Shown here: piece after piece, positions 27,559 through 37,691 of the stretch
Numbering within the stretch: the stretch's first letter is position 1
Layout: each line of letters starts with the position of its first letter
Assembly: GCA_965263355.1 (NCBI GenBank)
Contig: CBDHHL010000032.1
Coordinates: 864,001-928,000 of the forward strand
Reading direction: 5' to 3'
DNA: 64,000 bases
From: Leptolyngbyaceae cyanobacterium
Lineage (GTDB): Bacteria; Cyanobacteriota; Cyanobacteriia; Phormidesmidales; Phormidesmidaceae
Position numbers and translations under genes: made by a program
Notes under the pieces: model-generated
What the model was told of the DNA's origin: nothing
What the model saw: the letters and a program-made list of their open reading frames with translations, nothing else
The model's database searches: none

Positions 27559-28668
27559 ATGACCTTTACGGTAATAACCCGCGGTTTCAAACAAGAATTT
27601 GAACGGTGGACTGATGCGCTTGAGACTGCAAATGGTCTAAGACCCCAGCTCAAAAGCTGGTTCGTTGACATTCGGATCTTTGATGGCAGAGACTTGGTCT
27701 GGATGTATAGCAAATTACGCGCTCACCCAGAGTACATTGGACCTGGCACCTACGATCGATTGGCACGGTTATTTATGGCCGAAGGTCGCAGGTCAGCAGC
27801 GAGTCGTCAACCTTGGGATATTCGGGGACATCAGTTTAACTGGGGTGAACGTACGTACCTGATGGGCGTTATTAATGTCACGCCCGATAGTTTTAGTGAT
27901 GGTGGTCAGTTTAATTCTGTAGAAGCGGCGCTAAGTCAGGCGCAACTATTGTTAGATGCCAATGTTGACATTTTAGATATTGGCGGTCAGTCTACTCGAC
28001 CAGGGGCTGAGCAAATTTCCCTTGATGAGGAACTTAATCGGCTGATCCCGGTGATTGAAGCTATTCGCCGGACTGACGCCTTAAAACAGGCAGTGATTTC
28101 GGTGGATACGACTCGGGCCACTGTGGCCCGTGCTGCTGTTGATGCTGGGGCAGATATTATTAACGACATTTCAGGTGCTACCTATGAGCCCAACATCCTT
28201 AAGGTCGCCGCTGATCAAGAAGTGCCAATAATTCTGATGCATCTCCGGGGGACTCCCGAAACGATGCAACAGATGACAGACTATGAAGATCTGATGGTGG
28301 AAATTTCCAAATTTTTGCGTCAGCAGATAGCGCAAGCGCTATCTGCGGGTATTCCCATCCAGAATGTGTGTATTGATCCAGGCATTGGTTTTGCTAAGAC
28401 CTATCCCCAAAACCTGGAGATTTTGCGGAATTTGTCAGACTTAACAGAGCTGGGGTGTCCAATTTTAGTAGGAGTATCTCGTAAAAGCTTTATTGGTTGG
28501 ATTTTGGAGCAGCCGGATCCGCAACAGCGTGAATGGGGAACAGCTGCAGCTTGTACGGCAGCTATTGCTGGAGGGGCTGATATTTTACGAGTGCATAACG
28601 GCATAGCAATGGCAGATGTGACCCGTGTGGCAGACGCTATCTGGCGAAAAAATGAGTCGCCATCATAG
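27559..28668 (+). CDS. folP: Dihydropteroate synthase with an extra N-terminal domain of about 80 aa
   Basis: MGVINVTPDSFSDGG, DIGGQSTRPGA, IDPGIGFAK, VGVSRKSF and ILRVH. Confidence 0.95.
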   Translation: MTFTVITRGFKQEFERWTDALETANGLRPQLKSWFVDIRIFDGRDLVWMYSKLRAHPEYIGPGTYDRLARLFMAEGRRSAASRQPWDIRGHQFNWGERTYLMGVINVTPDSFSDGGQFNSVEAALSQAQLLLDANVDILDIGGQSTRPGAEQISLDEELNRLIPVIEAIRRTDALKQAVISVDTTRATVARAAVDAGADIINDISGATYEPNILKVAADQEVPIILMHLRGTPETMQQMTDYEDLMVEISKFLRQQIAQALSAGIPIQNVCIDPGIGFAKTYPQNLEILRNLSDLTELGCPILVGVSRKSFIGWILEQPDPQQREWGTAAACTAAIAGGADILRVHNGIAMADVTRVADAIWRKNESPS

Positions 28669-28977
28669 CTACAAAAATCAGGATAAAGAATGGTTCAGGC
28701 ATGAGATGTGATTACCTGGGAATTCTTATAAGTGAATATTGATACTGAAACGGCTAAAAGTTACCGGAGATCTATGTAAATTTCGGTAGGGAGTAGGTTG
28801 TAAAGACCAATCAGCACAGTCTACGGTTAATGGAACCTGGGTATAGCATTGGTACTTTAATATTAAGGCCTTAGGCTGTGATACAGTCGGCACGGGGAAA
28901 TCAGGACTTGTAACCGGCATGATTGAGTCCAATTGCTGGTGACAATACAACTATCTGGTGGATAAAAGAGGAAACCT

Positions 28978-30903
28978 ATGCAACAGAAATTAACAACACT
29001 TATGTTGTTGAGTACCGTTATCGGTATCGGTGCAACCGCCTCTGCGGAAGCAAGTGGTTCTTCATTGGTTGATCTACCAACACAAGTTTCTCTAAATAGC
29101 CCTTTACTACCAGGGGTTGAGCCAGTAGTCGCTACTGCACTTAGTACTTCAATTAGCCCCCCAACAAGGCGTGATAATGCCCCATCTAATCCGCCATCTT
29201 CCAAAGAAGTAGCTCAGGTTAACAGTATTTTCCCAGTAGCTACAGCTCGTGAAGAGATTGATAGCCTCAACTTACGACGTCAATCGGGAATCGCTATTAG
29301 TCAACAAGTACCGACGACAGCTCCACCGCCTGCGGATAGTTTGCCAGAAACACTACCAGAACCGGAGCCAGAGCCACCAGAGTCGGAACCTGTACTGCCA
29401 CCTGTGACGCCTCAACCACCGACTGATCCTGCTTCAGAAACAGGACCTACAGTTATGGTGCAAAGGTTTGAAGCTTTAGGCAGTACCGTATTTGATCAGT
29501 CAGACTTTAATCAAGTGCTGGATTCCTTTGTTGGTCGTGCGTTAAGTATTGATGAGTTACGCCAAGCTGCGGATTCGATTACTCAGCTCTACCTCAACGA
29601 GGGATTTATTACCTCACGGGCAGTACTTCCTAATCAGCCGATTACGGATGGGGTGGTTAAGTTGCAAATTATTGAGGGCAGCTTAGAGGAGATTCGCATA
29701 GAGGACACTGATCGGTTAGCTAACTATGTGCGATCGCGAGTAAATTTGGGAGCTAAAACCCCTCTTAACCAATTTGATCTCGAAGATCAGCTGCGGTTAC
29801 TACGAGCCGATCCGCTAATTGATAATATTGAAGCCAGCTTACGTGCTGGGACAGGGCTAGGACAAAGTATTTTGATTGTGCGTATTGATGAGGCCGAGCC
29901 GATTGAAGCGCACCTTACCCTTGACACTGATTCGCCCGTCAGTGTTGGCGTCGTTCGTATGGGTGCCAATGTTACTTATCGCAATCCTTTTGGCATTGGC
30001 GATCAAATCCGAGCGGCGGCTTATCGTGCCACCACAGGTGGCTCTCATCTTTACGAGCTTAGCTACAGTGCTCCTATTAACGCCATGAACGGTACTATCT
30101 CAGCTCGTTTTTTACCCAGTGAGTTTGAGATTGTCTCTCCCCAAGAGCTGGCTTCTTTGGACATTGAAGGTGATGCCCAAGTTTATGAATTGACCTATCG
30201 TCAGCCCCTGGTACGCACCCCCCGTGAAGAATTTGCCCTTACTTTAGGTTTTCGTCACCGAGATGGCGAAACTCGTATTGCCTCCACAGATCTTCCGAGT
30301 AATAGCGCTAGTGTGCTCCAGTTTAGCCAAGATTATTTACGTCGCGATCCCCAAGGTGCTTGGGCGTTACGCTCTCAATTTAGTTTAGGTGTCGACTGGT
30401 TGGATGCAACTAATGCGCCCTCCCCTGACCCAGATAGTCAGTTCGTCGGGTGGCTGGGTCAGGTGCAGCGGGCTCAGGTTCTGAATCAGGATCATTTGTT
30501 AATTGTTCAGGCTGATCTGCAACTAGCAAGTGACACCTTGCTGGGGTCAGAACAATTTGTTATCGGTGGGCGTCAATCGGTACGAGGCTATAGTCAAAAT
30601 GCTCGTTTTGGGGACAATGGTGTGCGTCTATCCATTGAAGATCGTATTACACTTCAGCGGAATGAGTCTGGTGCACCCATAATGTTGTTGAGCCCATTTA
30701 TAGATATGGCAGCGGTTTGGAATACAAAATCCGGAACTACTGTCAACGATGATCGTTTTCTTCTCGGTACCGGGTTGGGCTTTACCTATCGTCCACTTGA
30801 AAACGTGGATTTGCGTTTAGATTTGGGTGTACCGCTGGTGGATATTGACGATAGTGCTCCCCAAGATGTGTTCATCTATTTAGATTTTGACCTTGAACTT
30901 TAA
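28978..30903 (+). CDS. ShlB/FhaC/HecB (TpsB) two-partner secretion outer-membrane transporter
   Basis: Signal peptide, Pro-rich linker, POTRA (ITQLYLNEGFITSRA) and the VRGY motif (IGGRQSVRGY). Confidence 0.9.
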   Translation: MQQKLTTLMLLSTVIGIGATASAEASGSSLVDLPTQVSLNSPLLPGVEPVVATALSTSISPPTRRDNAPSNPPSSKEVAQVNSIFPVATAREEIDSLNLRRQSGIAISQQVPTTAPPPADSLPETLPEPEPEPPESEPVLPPVTPQPPTDPASETGPTVMVQRFEALGSTVFDQSDFNQVLDSFVGRALSIDELRQAADSITQLYLNEGFITSRAVLPNQPITDGVVKLQIIEGSLEEIRIEDTDRLANYVRSRVNLGAKTPLNQFDLEDQLRLLRADPLIDNIEASLRAGTGLGQSILIVRIDEAEPIEAHLTLDTDSPVSVGVVRMGANVTYRNPFGIGDQIRAAAYRATTGGSHLYELSYSAPINAMNGTISARFLPSEFEIVSPQELASLDIEGDAQVYELTYRQPLVRTPREEFALTLGFRHRDGETRIASTDLPSNSASVLQFSQDYLRRDPQGAWALRSQFSLGVDWLDATNAPSPDPDSQFVGWLGQVQRAQVLNQDHLLIVQADLQLASDTLLGSEQFVIGGRQSVRGYSQNARFGDNGVRLSIEDRITLQRNESGAPIMLLSPFIDMAAVWNTKSGTTVNDDRFLLGTGLGFTYRPLENVDLRLDLGVPLVDIDDSAPQDVFIYLDFDLEL

Positions 30904-30979
30904 GCTATGTTCAAGGGTTAGCCCATCATTGTCCTAGGTTAAAGAGACGATTCAATACTTAGAAAGATTCAATGAGGAG

Positions 30980-32710
30980 CTATTGTATTGTCGCCTGTAG
31001 AGATATTTTATTCTCTATAGGGTTCGTGGGATGCCCTTTAGAAGACTCCAATAAAAGTTTTTCAAAATCTTGGGCCGCCAGTGCAGGACTAAAGAGATAC
31101 CCTTGCATACTCTGACAATTAAGCTGTTTGAGAATTGAGAGTTCTCTGGCGGTTTCCACCCCACTGGCAATGGTAGAAATATTCAGACCTTGAGCCATTT
31201 CTATAATTGCTCTAACAATCACTTGATTACTTCTGTTGTTATGTAGGTCACGAACAAAACATTTATCTAACTTGAGAATATTAACTGGCAAATACTGTAA
31301 ATGGCTCAAGGAGCCAGAGCCAAAGTCATCAATAGCTGTACTAAAACCTTTGTCTTGAAGCTCAGTTAGCAGATATTTAGTCCGATTTAAGTCCTCCATA
31401 ATTAGCTGTTCGGGAAGTTCTAAATCCACCATTACTGGACTGACTTGAGCAGTCTCGACTATGCCCATCAGTCGGTCTATAAAGTGGAGGTCGCGCAATT
31501 GATAAGCCGACAGATTAACGGCAATACTAATACCGGATAATTTCATTTTTTGCCAATGGGCTAGCTGTCTCAGGGCTGTTTCCAAAATCCATTCGCCTAA
31601 GGGCAGCATGAGTCCATGCTCCTCTGCTACAGGAATGAATTGTACTGGTAACACCGGAAACTCACCAGGTACAAGCCAACGGACAAGGGCTTCTGCACCA
31701 ATAATCTGACCGCTATCTAAATCAACTTGGGGCTGAAAGTAAAGCTGTAATTGGTCCCGTTGCATAGCTCGTCTTAGTCGTTCTGCTAAGGACAATTGAT
31801 TGACAGCTGAGTCTGCTTTTGCCAGGTGGTTTCCTGTTGCTACCAATGTTCTGATAGTAGCTAATTCTAGATGGTGGATGGCCTCAATATAAATATCTGG
31901 TATCAGGTGATGATTATTCATCACCATAGGTTGTTGCAAATCTGCTTTAAGCTTGGCAATGGCTATTTCACAGATAGTTTTGTTAGGTATGCAGGGTGCA
32001 CTCAAAAAAATAGCAAATCGGTTTCCCCCTAAATAAGTTAGGGTACTGATTGATAACCTTGGGTCGTTCCACACTCTTTGCCATTGGTGTAGTTGTTGCC
32101 CAATTGACTTTAGTACTAGCTGGCTAAATGCATGGCCGTAGCCTGTTTGGAATTCAACATAATTATTGAGGTGGATGATCCACAGACCTGACCATGGCAT
32201 TTGCCTAATGCGTTCAAACTGTTCTTTGAGGGTTTCCCAAGTTGCTGCAGACATTAATTGTTTGCAAGTTGACATGGTTGGGGCAAAACTTTTTGCTAAT
32301 TGCTCACGCTTACTTAGCTGTGTTTGTACTGCGCGCAAAAAGCTTTGTACGTTAGTTGGTTTAGTGAGATAATCGTCAGCACCATGCTCCATGCTACGTC
32401 GAAATGTATTGGAGATATCATGGCCAGTCAACATAATCACAGGAATGGTAGTGGTGGCTGGATGCGATCGCAAATTTGTCAACACATCATATCCACTAAT
32501 ATCTGGTAACCCTATGTCACACACAACTAGTTTTGGATGATGTAGCTGTGCTAATTGCATGCCTTCTTGACCAGTAGTAGCGCTCAAGGCTCTAAAGCCA
32601 TTAAGATCTAATAGATCACAAAACACCGTAACTAGATCGGCATCATCATCAATGACCAAAACGGTTGTCATTGAATCAGTTTTTTCAGATATCAACTCAG
32701 ACATCGGCAT
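30980..32710 (-). CDS. Response regulator receiver - degenerate GGDEF - EAL phosphodiesterase
   Basis: VLVIDDD...CDIGLP...KP; GGNRF in place of GGDEF; QPQV..EALVRW, DDFGSG and KLDK. Confidence 0.9.
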   Translation of the reverse strand: MPMSELISEKTDSMTTVLVIDDDADLVTVFCDLLDLNGFRALSATTGQEGMQLAQLHHPKLVVCDIGLPDISGYDVLTNLRSHPATTTIPVIMLTGHDISNTFRRSMEHGADDYLTKPTNVQSFLRAVQTQLSKREQLAKSFAPTMSTCKQLMSAATWETLKEQFERIRQMPWSGLWIIHLNNYVEFQTGYGHAFSQLVLKSIGQQLHQWQRVWNDPRLSISTLTYLGGNRFAIFLSAPCIPNKTICEIAIAKLKADLQQPMVMNNHHLIPDIYIEAIHHLELATIRTLVATGNHLAKADSAVNQLSLAERLRRAMQRDQLQLYFQPQVDLDSGQIIGAEALVRWLVPGEFPVLPVQFIPVAEEHGLMLPLGEWILETALRQLAHWQKMKLSGISIAVNLSAYQLRDLHFIDRLMGIVETAQVSPVMVDLELPEQLIMEDLNRTKYLLTELQDKGFSTAIDDFGSGSLSHLQYLPVNILKLDKCFVRDLHNNRSNQVIVRAIIEMAQGLNISTIASGVETARELSILKQLNCQSMQGYLFSPALAAQDFEKLLLESSKGHPTNPIENKISLQATIQ

Positions 32711-33227
32711 ATATTAGAGTCACTGCAATCAATTAGCTTCTGTGCCAACATCACATCTCGCCATCGATAGAGTACCCAGCCCTACCCTTAGGTGTCTTAG
32801 CCCAATAATCCAAGGCTGATTCCGGACAAGCGGATACCATAGGCAATTTTGCTGATTCTTATAAAAGCATCACAGTACAAATGATGTAAGAGACCTCTAG
32901 TGAATGTTGGTTAGACTAGAATTTCCCCCTAGCTTGAATACCAGATCGTGATCTTACCAAGGTAGTTTCGTACTATGAAGAGTCTGTGAATACTATGCAA
33001 AGATTGAAACCCTAACAGGGAAGAAAACATCTTTCTCGTAAAGATTTAATATAAGCAAGCAAGACCACGCCAATAGCATCACCAGGCTATGGTGTTTGAA
33101 TGCACTAACTATTCAAATTACTAGAGCCTTTAGCGGCTGATATCAATCTTTGTTTTTTACATGCATTCAACCGCTTAAAGGGATTCCTATTATTAACTTC
33201 TTACAATTAATTATCTAGCTATCTTTT

Positions 33228-34430
33228 ATGGACTTACAGCATCTGCGTTTACTACTGGTTCAAGCAAACGAACCCTATCGAGATGGCCTAGAGAATGGCA
33301 CACTGAATGCTGAGCAATTAGTCATGCTAGAAGGGTTGACTACATGGGGATTTCAACTACAACAGGTGGGTGTATTGGGCTGTGCCTCAAATGAAATCTA
33401 TGATGAAATCCTAGACACAGGTGTGCGGGTTATCGGCAGTGGTTTGCCTGCAACCAACGAGGCTATTTTTAAGCGATTAGCAGACTTTTGTCCCACCCAT
33501 CTCGTCATTGATGTGCCCGATACTACCCTTTTTCGTTGGGCTGTGCGTAAGCAAGTGCCCTGCATAGCCATGTTTCGAGAACCTCTGACAGGGCCAAGCT
33601 TGAAGCAACGTTGGGATAACTATCAATTATCTAAAGCCTTAAATCACAGTGGTGTTGACTGGGTTGGTGTTCTAGGCCTCGATAATTGTGAGGCTCTGGC
33701 ACAAATAGGTGTACTTCGGGACAAATTAATTCCTTGGAACTGGCCACCGTCAAATCGGGCTGAAACCTTCGAACCAAAACAGTTGAGATCTAAACCTAAC
33801 CCAATACAACTAATTTATGTTGGTCCTCTTTTCTCGACGCGAGGTATCGGTGATTTACTAATTGCTGCAGCTCAACTGAAGTCCCAAGGATGGAATATTC
33901 AACTCAAACTAGTAGGGCAAGGGGATATTAACCGATTTAAGCTGCAAGCAAAACGACTACTAATAGACCATATTGAATTTATTGAAAATATCCCAGATCA
34001 CAATCTAGTGCATCTTATTCGACAAGCTGACATTTTTGTCATGCCGAGCCGCCACGAATCACCAGAAAACTCAAACACTACTTTGAACACCTGTCTACAA
34101 GCACATACACCAATTGTGGCATCCGATCACCCGATGTTTGCTGGTAGTCTCAGCCATGATGTTAACGCCATGATTTTTCCAGCCGGTAACGCCCGTGCCC
34201 TTGCTCAACGCATCGACTATTTGCTAAATCATCCAGACGTATACACCCGGATGTCTGCGGCTAGTCAAAAAAACTGGCAATCACTACAGCTACCCGTACA
34301 TTGGATATCCCTATTGGAGCATTGGCTTCAGGGAACTCACACATCACATCAATGGCTGCAAAAGCACGTATTGACATCCCTTCTTTATCAGCAGCAGTTA
34401 ACCTCAAAACTACTACAGCCCTCTTCGTGA
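33228..34430 (+). CDS. Glycosyltransferase family 4
   Basis: YVGPL...RGIGDLL, ADIFVMPSRHE and PIVASD. Confidence 0.85.
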   Translation: MDLQHLRLLLVQANEPYRDGLENGTLNAEQLVMLEGLTTWGFQLQQVGVLGCASNEIYDEILDTGVRVIGSGLPATNEAIFKRLADFCPTHLVIDVPDTTLFRWAVRKQVPCIAMFREPLTGPSLKQRWDNYQLSKALNHSGVDWVGVLGLDNCEALAQIGVLRDKLIPWNWPPSNRAETFEPKQLRSKPNPIQLIYVGPLFSTRGIGDLLIAAAQLKSQGWNIQLKLVGQGDINRFKLQAKRLLIDHIEFIENIPDHNLVHLIRQADIFVMPSRHESPENSNTTLNTCLQAHTPIVASDHPMFAGSLSHDVNAMIFPAGNARALAQRIDYLLNHPDVYTRMSAASQKNWQSLQLPVHWISLLEHWLQGTHTSHQWLQKHVLTSLLYQQQLTSKLLQPSS

Positions 34431-34473
34431 ACGCTTGATCCAAATCATTCGTGAACGCTTGATCCAAATCATT
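34424..34473. repeat. 24-bp direct tandem duplication covering the GT4 stop codon
   Basis: TTCGTGAACGCTTGATCCAAATCA occurs twice. Confidence 0.95.
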
Positions 34474-34806
34474 GGATGGGCAAGCTTATTGTTGGAAATG
34501 CCCCTCAGACATGCATTAATACCAGAAAATATTGAAATTTTGGTTATTGGCTATAAATTCTGGTGCAGCTAAACCATAAATTTACGAAGCCTGGTTAAAC
34601 TGCAATATTTGGGACAAATAGTCGTAACAAACACGGGCATCCTGGATCAGTAATGTAGGTCGATAGAAGTAGCCCACTAGATCATATGTCTAGGTAGATA
34701 AAACTAAAAGAACTTGAAACTTTCCTGGATAGAAATCAGTCCAATAACTGAGTAAGAACAAACTAGCCTGCAATTTTCATTCGCCTACATCTTCCTAGAG
34801 ACAGTC

Positions 34807-35997
34807 ATGGAAATCGTTCAACCCCCAACCAATAATCAATTACTATCCAGACATTGTTTACAATTGCTACCGTCTCCCTGTAACTCAAAACATGCTCGGT
34901 CAACGTTTCTTAACCTTGTAGGGATCTTATTCCTCAGTAGCCTTTCCATCAATCTCGTGGCGTCTCCAACATTGGCTCAACTGCCGCCCCTGGATCCTCC
35001 TGTTAACAGCTCTACGACAGCTCAGGGGGGAAATATTAATGAGTCAACTGTTGCTTTGGAAACCTATACATTGGGGCCAGGTGACCAGTTAAGGGTAGAT
35101 GTGTTAGTTAACGATGAAGTATTTGCAGACCCCATCGATCAAATTGTTTTACTAGATGGCTCATTAACCTTACCTTGGGTAGGCAAGATTACTGTTGCTG
35201 GGCTGAATCCGATTCAGGCTGAGGCAAAAATAGTGAATGCCTACAGTCGCTATATTCGTACTCCACAAATCACATTCCAGCTGCTACAGCCTCGACCAAT
35301 TCGGGTAGGTATTGTTGGAGAAATCAAACGCCCTGGTGGTTATACCTTGCAAGTCAACTCAGAAGCTGGTGAAGGATCCGAAGCGAGTGAAAGCCGCACT
35401 CGTTTCTGGCCTAGTGTCACTCAAGCCATTAGTAATGCAGGTGGCATTACCCGTTCTGCAGATGTTCGTTCTGTAATAGTCAAACGTGAAGGTGTATCTG
35501 AACTTATTCAGGTCAATCTTTGGGATTTAGTAGAAAGCGGTGATTTACGCCAGGATGTTCTACTTCGAGATGGCGATCAAATTTTCATTCCTACTGCCCA
35601 AGCCATCGACAATGCTGAAGTAATTGCCCTAGCCAACACTACATTTGCCCCCGAAGCTATAACAGTTAACGTTGTTGGTGAGGTCCCATCTCCTGGAAGT
35701 TTTTCAGTTGCCCCAGACACTCTTTTAAATGAAGCTCTATTGACAGCGGGTGGCTTCAATGCCCGATCTCGTACTAGCCGAGTGGAATTAGTTCGCATTA
35801 ATCCCAACGGTACAGTTTCGCAACAAAGGGTAAAAATTGACTTGGCTCAGGATGTTAATAACGAGCAAAATCCTATTCTCCAGGAAGGAGACACCATTAT
35901 TGTGGGTCGTTCAGGTCTGGCTGCCACTGCAGATACTGCGGAGTTAATTTTCTCACCATTGACTAATTTATTTCTGGGCATCTTTGGTATCCAATAA
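34807..35997 (+). CDS. wza: Polysaccharide export protein (Wza/OPX, SLBB domains)
   Basis: YTLGPGD, DGSLTLPWVG, VGEIKRPG and LRDGDQI. Confidence 0.9.
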   Translation: MEIVQPPTNNQLLSRHCLQLLPSPCNSKHARSTFLNLVGILFLSSLSINLVASPTLAQLPPLDPPVNSSTTAQGGNINESTVALETYTLGPGDQLRVDVLVNDEVFADPIDQIVLLDGSLTLPWVGKITVAGLNPIQAEAKIVNAYSRYIRTPQITFQLLQPRPIRVGIVGEIKRPGGYTLQVNSEAGEGSEASESRTRFWPSVTQAISNAGGITRSADVRSVIVKREGVSELIQVNLWDLVESGDLRQDVLLRDGDQIFIPTAQAIDNAEVIALANTTFAPEAITVNVVGEVPSPGSFSVAPDTLLNEALLTAGGFNARSRTSRVELVRINPNGTVSQQRVKIDLAQDVNNEQNPILQEGDTIIVGRSGLAATADTAELIFSPLTNLFLGIFGIQ

Positions 35998-36074
35998 TTG
36001 ATGCTGATATTGCTTGTGCGTCTCTACTTACTGCTTTTTTAATTACTACGTTTAGATGGCAGCCTAACTTAACC

Positions 36075-37595
36075 ATGAACTTTATTCGTAACGTTATTGA
36101 CCTTAACCTTCAGTATCTATTTGCTGCAACTCGTCGTGGCATCGTGCCTGCAACGACAGCATTTATTCTGACCGTTTTAGGTGCTGCCACAGTCGCAAAA
36201 CTATTAAAGCCAACCTACTTAGCTGAAGGAAAACTTTTATTTAAACCAGACCGTGCGGCAACACTGACAGGCCTAGACGAAACGGGAAGTCCGTTACAAA
36301 CCATTAGTTTCGGAACCCAGCTAAATTCTGAAATTGAAATCATAACGTCAAAACCATTGGTACAGAAAACCATTGATACACTTCAGCTAACCAACGATGA
36401 AGGCGAACCTTTGAAGGTTGAAGATATTTGGCAAAATCTTCAAGTAAGCGTTATTTTCCAAACAGATGTTTTGTCCTTCTCCTACCTAGATCAGGATCCA
36501 GTAAAGGCAGCTGATATTGTCAATACCCTGATGGATTCGTATCGCGCAGAGAAGCTAGCTAACACCCAAACCGACACTGAAAGTGCAGGAGATTTCTTGG
36601 ATCGCCAGCTACCTCTAAGTGCCGAAAGAGTCAGGCAGGCAGAATATGAGCTGAGGATTTTTCGTGAAACTTACAACATCGTAGATCTACCTGAAGAGCG
36701 TGGCATTGCGGTAGCTGCTCTAAATGATTTTCGTAAAGATACAGACGCCATAAAAGCTCAGTTAGGAGGTCTATATAGCGTACAGGAAGATTTGAGTCGT
36801 CAGGTAGGTATGTCTGTTCCTGAAGCTATTCAGGCAAGTACACTGAGTCAATCTGGTCAGGTTACCGGTATCCTTGCAGACCTTAATGCCGTTCGGCGTC
36901 AAATAGCGTTGCAACAGGTTGAATTTACTGAGGAAAGCCCCGTCCTACAGCGATTATTAGCCCAGGAAGCTACCCTTTTAAACCTTTTAAGTGAAGCCAC
37001 ACAATCGTTAGGTGGCGGTACTATTCAAGAGTCTCTGTTGCAACTTAGTGGTGGCGGTGGTGGCAGTGCAGCAGCCGGTGGTGCAGCCGGTGGTGCAGCC
37101 GGTGGCGGTGGTGCAGCCGGTGGCGGTGGTGCAGCCGGTGGCGGTGGTGCCTCGTTGAGAGCCTCGCTGATTCAAAAATATGTCGACAATGAGCTTCAGA
37201 TTACTACCCTAGAGGGACGTCTTGGAGCTATTGAAACTAATGCCAGCGTGTATCAAGAGCGTGTAAATCTCTTTCCAGAACTGGAACAGCGTCAGCGAGA
37301 CTTAATTCGTAACTTGGAGGCTGCCCAAAAAACGTATCAGGAGCTTTTGGGCAAACGGCAAGAGATACAAGTTAAAGAAAATCAGCTCACTAACTTTATC
37401 CAAATCATTGAACCTGCTATTCCACCAGAAAATCCATCATCCCAGGTGGCAGTTAAGGTAATAGCCATGGGGATTATCGCAGGCTTCGCCCTTGCACTCG
37501 CCATTATTGTTGCAATTGACTTCTTCATCGTCGATATCAATGGTGCGAATAAGGCCTATGATCCCGATGTTTATGACATACCTTCAGGGCTTTAA
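36075..37595 (+). CDS. wzc: Polysaccharide co-polymerase (Wzc/GumC N-terminal part, no kinase domain) with a Gly/Ala-rich insert
   Basis: Two TM segments flank coiled coils; EIEIITS...DPVKAADIVN and IIEPAIPP; no Walker A. Confidence 0.85.
   Translation: MNFIRNVIDLNLQYLFAATRRGIVPATTAFILTVLGAATVAKLLKPTYLAEGKLLFKPDRAATLTGLDETGSPLQTISFGTQLNSEIEIITSKPLVQKTIDTLQLTNDEGEPLKVEDIWQNLQVSVIFQTDVLSFSYLDQDPVKAADIVNTLMDSYRAEKLANTQTDTESAGDFLDRQLPLSAERVRQAEYELRIFRETYNIVDLPEERGIAVAALNDFRKDTDAIKAQLGGLYSVQEDLSRQVGMSVPEAIQASTLSQSGQVTGILADLNAVRRQIALQQVEFTEESPVLQRLLAQEATLLNLLSEATQSLGGGTIQESLLQLSGGGGGSAAAGGAAGGAAGGGGAAGGGGAAGGGGASLRASLIQKYVDNELQITTLEGRLGAIETNASVYQERVNLFPELEQRQRDLIRNLEAAQKTYQELLGKRQEIQVKENQLTNFIQIIEPAIPPENPSSQVAVKVIAMGIIAGFALALAIIVAIDFFIVDINGANKAYDPDVYDIPSGL
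37050..37151 (+). repeat. In-frame minisatellite with 12- and 18-bp units (GGTGGTGCAGCC / GGTGGCGGTGGTGCAGCC)
   Basis: Encodes GGGGGSAAAGGAAGGAAGGGGAAGGGGAAGGGGA. Confidence 0.9.
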
Positions 37596-37691
37596 CAGAA
37601 GACTCTTCAATAACGTACCATCGAATGAAATACGTTTTCATAAGTAACGTTTGTCCATTACGTTTCACAAACCATATACACCCGTTGCCTT

